From Candidatus Omnitrophota bacterium (GTDB lineage Bacteria; Omnitrophota; Gorgyraeia; Gygaellales; Profunditerraquicolaceae): DNA of 37,587 nt. Under the pieces are notes generated by a model. That model did not search any database, was not told where the DNA came from, and saw only the letters and a list, made by a program, of their open reading frames with translations. The stretch lies in assembly GCA_029563245.1 (NCBI GenBank), contig JAKQSG010000059.1, positions 1 to 37,587 of the forward strand, read 5' to 3'. Below, piece by piece: positions 26,525 through 35,489 of this stretch. A program made the position numbers and the translations under genes. Position 1 is the first letter of the stretch. The number at the start of each line of letters is the position of its first letter.

Positions 26525-27522
26525 TTTTTGGAAAAGAGCTTAAGTTAAGAAAGGAAATAATAAAGATAGGCAGCCGGCTTCATGAGTCCAGGCTTGCGGT
26601 AGCTAAATCCGGTAATATTAGTGCTCGCCTGGATGATAAAAATATACTTATTACCGCAACCTCAACCGCTTTGGGGGATCTAAGCTATAGAGATATCGTG
26701 AAGGTAAATTTAGATACCGGGAAGGTGTATTCTTCTGTTAAGCCAAGCTCAGAATTGCCGCTTCACTCCTTAGTTTATAAAAACTTTAAGTCGCAGGTAG
26801 TAATACATGCCCATCCTCCCCTGATTAACGGTTATTTTGCGGTAACTTCTGATCTGAAGGCATTGACCTTCGAGACAAAATTTTATTTAGGCACTGTTCC
26901 GGTTGTTGAGCAGGATACTCCGACGGTGGTAAACGCCCAGCCGGTTATTGCTGCACTTAAAACGAATAATCTCGTGGTATTAAAAAACCACGGGGTAGTG
27001 GCCTTGGCAGATAAATTTTACGATGCCTTAAGCCTTATTGAGGCTTTAGAAGAGGCAGTGCGTACTGCGTCCATAGCAAGAATTTTCAAAAACGATATTC
27101 TTGATGATCTGGATAAGGCGTTAAAATCAGATTTAACGCTAAATTTAAGCCTGCCTATGTTTTCAATGGAACATATACAGGCAATTGTTGATCTGGTTAA
27201 TAAGGATGAGTTGATTGCCAGAAAAGGCGAAGAGTTGAATCTTACCGTAAAGCTGGCGATCAAGCTCGACGGATCGGATAAGGTTTATAAGTTTAACTTT
27301 GAAAAAGGAAAAATTGTAAGGCTTGACCTGGACGCGGACGCCCCGTTTGTTATTTCCGCGCCCCGGGAAGTCTGGGAGCAGGTATTCTTAGGAAAATTGG
27401 ATTCTTTTGTTGCCGTGACCCAGGGGAAGATGAAGTTATCCGGACAGTTAGGGCAGCTCTCAAAATGGTATGTACCATTTACCAGGCTTTTTGCTTTATT
27501 TAAGGAAGTTAAAATACGATGA
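26521..27522 (+). CDS. Class II aldolase/adducin-family protein fused to a C-terminal SCP2-like domain
   Basis: Aldolase part: GNISAR, SSELPLH (catalytic Glu), VIHAHPP and NHGVV (metal His ligands). The C-terminal region of about 110 aa (...GKLDSFVAVTQGKMKLSGQLGQLSKW...) resembles SCP2 sterol-carrier domains. Confidence 0.75.
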   Translation: MIFGKELKLRKEIIKIGSRLHESRLAVAKSGNISARLDDKNILITATSTALGDLSYRDIVKVNLDTGKVYSSVKPSSELPLHSLVYKNFKSQVVIHAHPPLINGYFAVTSDLKALTFETKFYLGTVPVVEQDTPTVVNAQPVIAALKTNNLVVLKNHGVVALADKFYDALSLIEALEEAVRTASIARIFKNDILDDLDKALKSDLTLNLSLPMFSMEHIQAIVDLVNKDELIARKGEELNLTVKLAIKLDGSDKVYKFNFEKGKIVRLDLDADAPFVISAPREVWEQVFLGKLDSFVAVTQGKMKLSGQLGQLSKWYVPFTRLFALFKEVKIR

Positions 27523-29003
27523 ATTGTGTTCCTTTATATATAAACGGAGAGTTTATCGAAACTAGGGAGAGGCAGAATGTCCTTAATCCCTCTACGGGCA
27601 AGGTTATTGCCCAGGTTTTTCTTGCTTCAGAAAAAGAAATTGACCTGGCTATTGAGAGCGCCCGGAAGGCTTTTGACAAAGGATTATGGTCGGGTTTGCC
27701 GCCTTTGGAGCGTAAGGCGGTTATTCTTAGGATTGCCCAGGGTATCCTTAATAAGGCAGGAGAGCTGGCAAGGATTGAAACAGAGAGTACCGGTAAACCT
27801 ATAAAAGAGACGACTTTTATGGATGTGCCTTCTGCTGCTAAGACTTTTGAGTTTGCCGCTAATAATCTTGAAGCTTATCTTGCTGATGAAGCTTTAACTC
27901 CTGCGGAAGAGGCAGGAGCGGTTTTATTGCGCGAGCCGGTAGGGGTAGTAGCTTTAATTATCCCGTGGAATTACCCGCTTTTAATTGCTTCATGGAAGCT
28001 GGCTTCTGCCCTTGCAGCGGGCAATACCGTAATATTAAAGCCTTCCAGCATAACCCCGCTTACTGCTTTTGAATTAGGCAAGATTATTCATGATGCAGGA
28101 ATGCCTCCCGGGGTGGTGAATATTATCAATGCAAGCGGGGCAAATTCCGGGCAGGTACTTTGCTGCGATAAGAGAATAGATATGGTTTCCTTTACCGGCA
28201 GCCTCGAAGTTGGCAAAGAAATCCTTAGGTATACATCTTCAAGCGTTAAGAAGCTTATTCTGGAGTTGGGAGGCAAATCTGCAAGTTTGATTTTTGCGGA
28301 TGTGGATATCGAAACAGCAGTCAACAGTTCTCTTTGTTCGGTTTTCTTAAATCAAGGACAGATGTGTGCGGCTATGTCGCGCATCTTTGTCCAGGAAAAG
28401 ATCTACGACCAATTTATCGCTAGTTTTGTAAGTAAGGCTAAGGCTATAAAATTAGGTTTATCGGATAACCATGAGACCCAAATGGGCCCCTTAGTTACCG
28501 ATAGCCAGCGCAAGAAAATTATTGCCTACCTGGAGAAGGCTAAGACAGAGGGGGCAAGAATTTTGTGTGGCGGCAAGATACCTCAGGATGCGGAGCTTAA
28601 AAACGGGTATTTCTTTGAGCCTACGGTTATCGGCAATGTCAAACCGCATATGCATATATTTAAAGAAGAGGTTTTTGGGCCGGTAACTATAGTTGGAAGT
28701 TTTTCTGATGCCAAGGAGGCAGTGGAGCTGGCTAATCATTCTGATTTTGGCCTGGCGGCTTGTATCTGGAGTAAAGACCTAGTGTTTGCTGAAGAAGTGG
28801 CTAAGAAGATTAATGCCGGGACAATATGGATAAATACCTACGGCATGTTTTATAACCAGCTTCCTTACGGCGGGTTCAAGCAGAGCGGTTTTGGCAAGGA
28901 GCTGGGCCGGGAGGGCCTTTTAGAGTATACCCGGCTAAAGAATGTAATAATTGATCATTCAAATGAGGGTAAGCCTTTAGTTAGCTATTGGTACGGTTTT
29001 TAA
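27519..29003 (+). CDS. NAD(P)+-dependent aldehyde dehydrogenase
   Basis: 494 aa with ELGGKS, the catalytic Cys in FLNQGQMCAAMSR, and EEVFGPV. Confidence 0.95.
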   Translation: MNCVPLYINGEFIETRERQNVLNPSTGKVIAQVFLASEKEIDLAIESARKAFDKGLWSGLPPLERKAVILRIAQGILNKAGELARIETESTGKPIKETTFMDVPSAAKTFEFAANNLEAYLADEALTPAEEAGAVLLREPVGVVALIIPWNYPLLIASWKLASALAAGNTVILKPSSITPLTAFELGKIIHDAGMPPGVVNIINASGANSGQVLCCDKRIDMVSFTGSLEVGKEILRYTSSSVKKLILELGGKSASLIFADVDIETAVNSSLCSVFLNQGQMCAAMSRIFVQEKIYDQFIASFVSKAKAIKLGLSDNHETQMGPLVTDSQRKKIIAYLEKAKTEGARILCGGKIPQDAELKNGYFFEPTVIGNVKPHMHIFKEEVFGPVTIVGSFSDAKEAVELANHSDFGLAACIWSKDLVFAEEVAKKINAGTIWINTYGMFYNQLPYGGFKQSGFGKELGREGLLEYTRLKNVIIDHSNEGKPLVSYWYGF

Positions 29004-29009
29004 AATACT

Positions 29010-29732
29010 ATGCTTAAAATATTCCTTTCTATCGCCATTTGGATTTACAATTTAATATTAACTATGGCACTTACCTTTGTAGTCTTCTTTTTATGGGCCG
29101 TTCTTTATTTTGTTGATAAAAAGAGAAAAATCGCGCACATGCAGTGTTTTTGGTGGTCGGATGCCATTATCCGTTTAAATCCATTCTGGAAATTTGAAAT
29201 CAAGGGGCTTGAGAATATTGATTACGGCAGGGTTTATGTGGCTATCGCCAACCATGAAAGTATGGCTGATATTGTTGTTCTTTATAAGACAAGAATGCAA
29301 TTCAAATGGGTTGCTAAGGAGAGCCTGTTTAAGGTGCCATTTATCGGATGGTGCCTTTCGCTTACCGAGCATATAAAGCTTGCCCGCGGGGAATATTCCA
29401 GTATTAAAAAGGTTTACCGGGAAGCGGCTCAGTGGCTTAGAAAAGATATGTCGGTGCTATTTTTTCCCGAAGGCACACGCAGCGATACTGACGAAATGAA
29501 TGTTTTTCAGAATGGGGCATTTAAGCTGGCGATAAAAAAGAAGAAACCCATTCTTCCTATTTGTATAAAAGGGACCCGTGATGCAATCCCTAAAGGAAGC
29601 TGGATATTTAAATCAAAAGTTTTCGCCAGTGTTACTGTCTTACCTCCCGTTGAGACATCTTCCTTTGGGCCGGGAGATTTTTCCAAATTAAGAGATAAGG
29701 TTTTCAATAGCATAAATAGCGAAAGGAAATAA
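29010..29732 (+). CDS. plsC: 1-acyl-sn-glycerol-3-phosphate acyltransferase
   Basis: HX4D motif NHESMAD, plus FPEGTRS; N-terminal TM segment. Confidence 0.85.
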   Translation: MLKIFLSIAIWIYNLILTMALTFVVFFLWAVLYFVDKKRKIAHMQCFWWSDAIIRLNPFWKFEIKGLENIDYGRVYVAIANHESMADIVVLYKTRMQFKWVAKESLFKVPFIGWCLSLTEHIKLARGEYSSIKKVYREAAQWLRKDMSVLFFPEGTRSDTDEMNVFQNGAFKLAIKKKKPILPICIKGTRDAIPKGSWIFKSKVFASVTVLPPVETSSFGPGDFSKLRDKVFNSINSERK

Positions 29733-29735
29733 AAT

Positions 29736-30578
29736 ATGAATACCTATATTCTTCTTTTGCAGTGCAAGGACCAGAAGGGAATAGTAGCCAGGGTATCTGA
29801 TTTCATATTTAAATCTACAGGAAATATTATTACCCTTGATCAGTATTCTTCTAACCCCCGGGGAGGTTATTTCTTCATGCGGGTTGAGTTTATAGCGGAT
29901 GATAAGGAGTGCAATACAGGCAAATTGGAGGAAAGGTTAAATAAGGTTGCAGGATATTTTAAGGCAAAGGCAAGGCTTTATGAAAAAGGGGTGCCGCTAT
30001 CAATGGGTATACTTGCTTCTAAGCCAGACCATTGCCTTGCCGAGATACTTTATCTTTATAAGAGGGGAGAGCTCGGCGTTAATATTCCTTTTGTAATTAG
30101 TAATTTCGAGGGACACGGTAGGTTAGTAGAGCAGCATAACCTGCCTTTTTATTTTATCCCGGCTAATAAAAGCAACAGGAGGGAGAAGGAGATAATCTCT
30201 TTAGCTAAAGGTTCTGCCGATTTTCTGGCCCTTGCCCGTTATATGCTGGTATTATCCCCGCATTTTATTCAATCCTTCGGTAAAGACATTATCAATATAC
30301 ATCATGGGCTTCTCCCTTCGTTTAAGGGGAAGAATCCTTATCAGCAGGCATTAGATAGAGGGGTTAAGGTAATTGGGGCAACTAGCCATTTTGTTACTGC
30401 GGGGCTTGATACCGGGCCGATTATTGCCCAGGCAGTAGAGGAGATATCGCACAAAGATGATTTAAGGACGCTTCTTTTAAAGGGTAGGAATTTAGAGAAG
30501 AGGGCACTCTCCGATGCCCTGCGTGCTTATATCGAGCATCGAGTCTTCAGGTTTAAAGATAAGACCGTTATTTTTTAG
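29736..30578 (+). CDS. purU: Formyltetrahydrofolate deformylase
   Basis: N-terminal ACT domain (CKDQKGIVARVSDFI) plus a formyltransferase domain (INIHHGLLPSFKG, TSHFVT..LDTGPII). Confidence 0.9.
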   Translation: MNTYILLLQCKDQKGIVARVSDFIFKSTGNIITLDQYSSNPRGGYFFMRVEFIADDKECNTGKLEERLNKVAGYFKAKARLYEKGVPLSMGILASKPDHCLAEILYLYKRGELGVNIPFVISNFEGHGRLVEQHNLPFYFIPANKSNRREKEIISLAKGSADFLALARYMLVLSPHFIQSFGKDIINIHHGLLPSFKGKNPYQQALDRGVKVIGATSHFVTAGLDTGPIIAQAVEEISHKDDLRTLLLKGRNLEKRALSDALRAYIEHRVFRFKDKTVIF

Positions 30579-30605
30579 GCTGTATTTAATTTAAAGGTTT
30601 AATGC

Positions 30606-31682
30606 ATGAAAAAATTCTCTAAGGTATTAATTGCATTTATCATTACGGTTATCGCCTTATTTATTATTCTCAACTTAACCTTTCCTTATCTTGCCAAGGA
30701 GGCAATAGTTAGGCAGATTGAACAGGGCCTTAAGGTTAAGGCAAGCATTAGCAAGGTAAGCGTTACTTTCCCCCTAACTGTTAATTTAATTAAACTTAAG
30801 GCGGGAGAGCTAATGCAGGCCGATAAGGTTTCGGTTTCACCCAGCCTGTTGGGATTTCTTGCCGGCAAGATTGTTTTAAACAGGGTAGGCTTGGTTAATC
30901 CGGTTATAGTGCTTGAGCAGTCTGCCGAGGGTAAAATCAATATTCCTCAGTTTGATTCAAAGGGGCAGGCACCAAAGGTATATTTAGCCGGTTTAACTAT
31001 AAGAAGCGGCACGGTTATTTTCATCGATAAGAAGGTAGATGCCGGAGGCTTTAAGACTATATTAACTGATATAAATGCGGATGTCTTTAAGGCGCCTTTT
31101 CCGGTAAGCTCTATGAAGGCAAATTTTAAGGTTTCGGCAAGTTTTCTTAATCTAAGCTCAGCTAAAATAGGGGATATTAATTTCACCGGGTGGGTAGATT
31201 TTGGTCCTAAGGATATGGATGCTGTTTTAAGGCTGCAGGATTTGGATTTAGCTTACTTTAGGCCTTACTGCGGTAATTTTATTTCTGAAAGCCAACTGGA
31301 CTCGGCAAGGCTTAATATGAGATCAGTATTCAGTTCGCAGAATAACGATTTAGAAATTATAACCGATCTTAATCTTTCGGATTTAGTCTATGCGCAGACT
31401 GAAAGGCAAGAGGCGGAATTTACCTCCTTTGATATGGCAAAGAGCGCCCTTGATTTATTTACCGATGCAAAAGGAGAGCTGGCATTGGAATTTAAGTTAA
31501 AGACTAGATTGAACAGCCCCGGATTTAATTCGAAGGAACTTAAGAAGATTATATTAACCTCCGCCGCTAAAAATCTTGCCCGGCAAAATCCCGCTGACTT
31601 AGTCAGGAAGGTAAGCGATAATATCGGAAAATTCAAAGATTTCGGCAAGGATCTAGAGAGGATCTTTAAGGATAAAAACTGA
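30606..31682 (+). CDS. Membrane-anchored DUF748/AsmA-like protein
   Basis: N-terminal TM helix followed by a beta-rich repetitive periplasmic region resembling AsmA/DUF748 proteins. Tentative. Confidence 0.5.
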   Translation: MKKFSKVLIAFIITVIALFIILNLTFPYLAKEAIVRQIEQGLKVKASISKVSVTFPLTVNLIKLKAGELMQADKVSVSPSLLGFLAGKIVLNRVGLVNPVIVLEQSAEGKINIPQFDSKGQAPKVYLAGLTIRSGTVIFIDKKVDAGGFKTILTDINADVFKAPFPVSSMKANFKVSASFLNLSSAKIGDINFTGWVDFGPKDMDAVLRLQDLDLAYFRPYCGNFISESQLDSARLNMRSVFSSQNNDLEIITDLNLSDLVYAQTERQEAEFTSFDMAKSALDLFTDAKGELALEFKLKTRLNSPGFNSKELKKIILTSAAKNLARQNPADLVRKVSDNIGKFKDFGKDLERIFKDKN

Positions 31683-32335
31683 TGGAAGCGCATAAGACAA
31701 AATCTCTCGAAGCTATCGAGAATAAAATGGCCTCTCTGGAAGAAGGTTCATTGCGTTATCATGTGTTAGAGAGCGCCAGGAACTTCAAATCATCCTGGAT
31801 TGGCCTGGGGTGCTCGCTATACACGGTACTTAAGGACAAGCTTTATAAGGAGTGGGGGTTTGCTACCTTTGAGTCCTATACCGCCAAAGAAGTCGGTATA
31901 AAGAAGATTACGGCGATGAAACTTTTGCGTTCTTATTATTTTCTGGAGAAAGAGGAACCGGCTTATCTTAAGGGAGATTATGGTAATACTGCAAACACCG
32001 CTAAGCTTCCCACTTACGAAGCAGTTGATTTATTGCGTAAGGCAAAGAATAAAAAGGATATCGACAAAGAGGATTATTCTAAGCTAAGGAAGGATGTTTT
32101 TGAGCATGGGAAAGATACTCAAGAGGTTAGAAAGGGCTTAACTGCGCTCATCAGGCAGAGGCAGGAATTAGCTCCTGAAGAGGCCCAGGAAAAGAGAAGG
32201 CTTGTTACTTTAAAGAGATTGTTAGGCAGTTTGAGAAGCCTGAAACAGGAAGCAGAAATGTCGCATTTATTGCCTGCTCCTGTGATCAGGGAAACGGGTG
32301 AACTTATAAAGAAAATAGAGGCAGAGTTAAGCTAA
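31682..32335 (+). CDS. Hypothetical protein
   Basis: 217-aa ORF; its ATG overlaps the upstream TGA by 1 nt. Charged helical C-terminus, no recognised motif. Confidence 0.5.
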   Translation: MEAHKTKSLEAIENKMASLEEGSLRYHVLESARNFKSSWIGLGCSLYTVLKDKLYKEWGFATFESYTAKEVGIKKITAMKLLRSYYFLEKEEPAYLKGDYGNTANTAKLPTYEAVDLLRKAKNKKDIDKEDYSKLRKDVFEHGKDTQEVRKGLTALIRQRQELAPEEAQEKRRLVTLKRLLGSLRSLKQEAEMSHLLPAPVIRETGELIKKIEAELS

Positions 32336-32337
32336 TT

Positions 32338-33843
32338 ATGCAGATATTAAAGATTCTAAGAGACCAGGCAAGCATTAATCCGGACAAGGTCGCGGTTATT
32401 TTCAGGGATGAAGAAATAACGTTGAAGAAATTACAGGAGAGATATCTTGCGCTGGCAAGCAGCCTTAAGAAAATAGGGGTAGAGAAGGGGGATAGGGTAG
32501 CTTTGTATCTTCCTAACTGGCCGGAGTATATTTATAGTTACTTGGCGATATGGGCGCTAGGGGCAGTAGCTGTACCCCTGGATTTCATGCTTACATCGGA
32601 TGAACTCTCTTCATGCCTTATGCATTCTGAGGCTAAGGTTTTGATAATAAAGACTAAGGCTACGCTGAATTTAGCCACCCTTAAGGAAAGATTACCCTGC
32701 TTAAAAACGATAATAACTTGTCAGGATAGCCAGGAGGGGCACTTATTCTTTAACGATTGTTTGGATAATGTCGGCAACGAAAAGATTGATACCGACATCC
32801 AAGGAAAGGATTGCGCGATAATCTTTTATACCTCAGGTACAACCGGAAGGCCCAAGGGGGTATTAATAAATTATAGCCAGCTTTTAGCCCCTCCTAAGTC
32901 CATGGAGTTTTTCGTAAATTCGGATTTAAGCCAGAAAGATACGGCGCTTTGCGCGTTACCTTTCTCTCACCTGGGAGGGCTTATTTATATTCAGAATACA
33001 ATATGTTTTTCCTTAAGGCTTATCTTAATGGAGCGTTTTATACCTCTTGAATTCTTAAAGAATATTGCCAAGCATAAGGTTAATTTCTTTTGGATAGTGC
33101 CCTCTATGTATTATGCCTTATTACAATTAAAAGAGTTTGAAAGCTTTGATTTAACCTCTTTGCGCTGGATTGTGACATTCGGGGCCTCAAACTCTCCCGA
33201 TGCATTACGCAGGTTCCATCAATTTTGTCCCAAGGCCCATCTTTTAAACGGATGGGGCATGACCGAGACTAATGCGCCTACCGCAGTATTGCCTATGGGT
33301 TCTGATAAGATTGAGAGTGTGGGAAAGCCTGCGCCGTGGATAGAGATAAAGATTTTCGATGATGCCGACCAAGAATTAAGCGCGGGGGTGATAGGAGAAG
33401 TGGTAGTTAAAAGTTGGGTTGTTACCGATGGATATTATAGAGATGCTAAGCTTACCGCGGAGAGTATGCGTAATGGGTGGTTCCATACCGGTGACTTGGG
33501 TAAATTTGACTCGCAGGGGTATCTTTATATTGTCGGCAGGAAGAAAGAGATGATTAAGGTGGGAGGGGAAATTGTTTTCGAACCGGAGGTAGAGGCAGCG
33601 ATACAGAAGAATGAGTCTGTGCTGGAGGTGGCGGTCGTGGGAGTTCCAGATAAATTAAGAGGCGAAGTGCCCAAGGCTTTCATAGTTACGAAAGAGGGGA
33701 AGCCCATTTCAGCAGAAGACCTGCGTTATTTTTTAAGGCAACACCTTGCCCATTTCAAGATTCCGCATTATTTTGTATTTAAAGACGCACTTCCCAAAAA
33801 CCGCGCCGGTAAGGTTGACAAAGAACAACTTCGCTGCCAATAA
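32338..33843 (+). CDS. AMP-dependent acyl-CoA synthetase/ligase (fatty-acid-CoA ligase-like)
   Basis: AMP-binding motif IFYTSGTTGRPKGV, GWGMTET, HTGDLG and the C-terminal PKNRAGKV. Confidence 0.9.
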   Translation: MQILKILRDQASINPDKVAVIFRDEEITLKKLQERYLALASSLKKIGVEKGDRVALYLPNWPEYIYSYLAIWALGAVAVPLDFMLTSDELSSCLMHSEAKVLIIKTKATLNLATLKERLPCLKTIITCQDSQEGHLFFNDCLDNVGNEKIDTDIQGKDCAIIFYTSGTTGRPKGVLINYSQLLAPPKSMEFFVNSDLSQKDTALCALPFSHLGGLIYIQNTICFSLRLILMERFIPLEFLKNIAKHKVNFFWIVPSMYYALLQLKEFESFDLTSLRWIVTFGASNSPDALRRFHQFCPKAHLLNGWGMTETNAPTAVLPMGSDKIESVGKPAPWIEIKIFDDADQELSAGVIGEVVVKSWVVTDGYYRDAKLTAESMRNGWFHTGDLGKFDSQGYLYIVGRKKEMIKVGGEIVFEPEVEAAIQKNESVLEVAVVGVPDKLRGEVPKAFIVTKEGKPISAEDLRYFLRQHLAHFKIPHYFVFKDALPKNRAGKVDKEQLRCQ

Positions 33844-33848
33844 TTAAT

Positions 33849-34880
33849 ATGCAGGATATCAAGGACCTTGATTTAAAGAATTTGGAAAGAGAGTTTTTAG
33901 CTTTAGGGGCTAAACCCTATCATGCCCGTCAGGTGTTTTCATGGCTATACAAAAGAGGGGTTTGGGATTTTAACTATATGAGCGATATTCCTCAGGCACT
34001 TAGAGGAAAGCTTGCGGATAGGTTTTATATCCTTGGTTTTAAGTTATTAAAGCATTTAGAGTCTAGGGATGGGACAAGAAAGATTCTCTTAGGCACAAAG
34101 GATAATAATTCAATTGAGTCTGTGCTTATCCCGGCTAATTCCAGGGTTACGGGATGCCTATCCTCACAGGTAGGTTGTAAATATGGATGTAGTTTCTGTG
34201 CCAGCGGCATGCTCGGATTTAAGAGAAATTTAACCGCGGGTGAAATTATCGAAGAGGTAATCTATTTAAAAGACAATGCTTTGGAAAATAGGCTTACTCA
34301 CCTGGTTTTTATGGGTACGGGAGAGCCTATGGATAATTACGAGAATGTAATTAAGGCAATTAGGATTATCAATTCAAGCGCGGGATTAAATATAGGAGCG
34401 CGCAGGATTACCATTTCAACCAACGGGATTATCCCCGGCATAGAAAGATTAAGTTCAGAGGGGCTGCAATTGGAGCTTTCCGTATCTTTGCATGCTGCGA
34501 CCGATGAATTAAGATCGAGCCTTATGCCGGTAAATAAGTCTTACCCTTTGTCAGAGCTTATTCAAGCCTGTAAAGAGTATAGCCTTAAGACCCATCGCCA
34601 GGTTACCTTTGAGTATATATTAATTAAAGGCCTTAATTCTTCGCTCAGGGATGCTGAAGGCCTGTTCAGGCTGCTAAAGGATTTTAAACTGGCTAAGGTA
34701 AACTTGATTCCCTCAAATCATATCCCGGAGTTAGAATTTGAACCGGCCTCAAAGAACAGCGTGGATATTTTCAAAGATTACCTTGTTAAGTCGCGGATCA
34801 ATGTAACGTTGCGTAAAGAGCGGGGCGAGGATATAAATGCTGCCTGCGGTCAGTTGAGGTTAAATTATGCCAAAAATTAA
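33849..34880 (+). CDS. rlmN: 23S rRNA/tRNA (adenine-C2)-methyltransferase, radical SAM
   Basis: SSQVGCKYGCSFCASG (CX3CX2C), MGTGEP and the C-terminal DINAACGQL, all characteristic of RlmN/Cfr. Confidence 0.9.
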   Translation: MQDIKDLDLKNLEREFLALGAKPYHARQVFSWLYKRGVWDFNYMSDIPQALRGKLADRFYILGFKLLKHLESRDGTRKILLGTKDNNSIESVLIPANSRVTGCLSSQVGCKYGCSFCASGMLGFKRNLTAGEIIEEVIYLKDNALENRLTHLVFMGTGEPMDNYENVIKAIRIINSSAGLNIGARRITISTNGIIPGIERLSSEGLQLELSVSLHAATDELRSSLMPVNKSYPLSELIQACKEYSLKTHRQVTFEYILIKGLNSSLRDAEGLFRLLKDFKLAKVNLIPSNHIPELEFEPASKNSVDIFKDYLVKSRINVTLRKERGEDINAACGQLRLNYAKN

Positions 34881-35487
34881 TAAACCACTAATAGCGCTGT
34901 TGGGTTTTTGCGTTATTGCTATTTCTGCTTGTGCCAAAAAAGAGATCCAGAATATAGATTCTTTTGGAGAGAATATTGTTTGTTTCGGAGATAGCATTAC
35001 TTTTGGTTATGGGGTAAAGCCAGGGGAAGATTACCCTTCAGTTCTTTCTAAAATGGTAAAAATGCCAGTAATAAATGCGGGGGTAGACGGAGATACCTCT
35101 ATCAGCGCCTTTAAGCGCATAGATAAAGATGTGCTAGATAAAAAACCTTTTTTAGTCTTAATTGAGTTTTGCGGTAACGATTTTCTAAAGGATATACCCC
35201 GTGAGTCTACTATGAATAATGTCAGGGCAATGATCCTAAAGGCCCAAGGCCAAGGAGCAATTACGGCCATTGTTGATGTAAGTGCGGGTTTTTTTCTGCG
35301 TGATTACCGAGAGAAATTTGCCAGGTTGGCCAAAGATACAGGTTCAATTTTTGTCCCGGCAGTCTTAAGCGGTATAATTACTAATCCTGCCATGAAGAGC
35401 GATTTTATGCACCCTAACCAAGAGGGGTATAGGATTATTGCCCAGCGCATATACCGCGCTATCAGCCCGTATCTAAAATCTGAATAA
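34867..35487 (+). CDS. SGNH/GDSL hydrolase family lipoprotein (arylesterase/lysophospholipase-like)
   Basis: Lipobox AISAC; block I FGDSITFGYG, block III CGNDF, block V DFMHPN. 14-nt overlap with rlmN. Confidence 0.8.
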   Translation: MPKINKPLIALLGFCVIAISACAKKEIQNIDSFGENIVCFGDSITFGYGVKPGEDYPSVLSKMVKMPVINAGVDGDTSISAFKRIDKDVLDKKPFLVLIEFCGNDFLKDIPRESTMNNVRAMILKAQGQGAITAIVDVSAGFFLRDYREKFARLAKDTGSIFVPAVLSGIITNPAMKSDFMHPNQEGYRIIAQRIYRAISPYLKSE

Positions 35488-35489
35488 TT

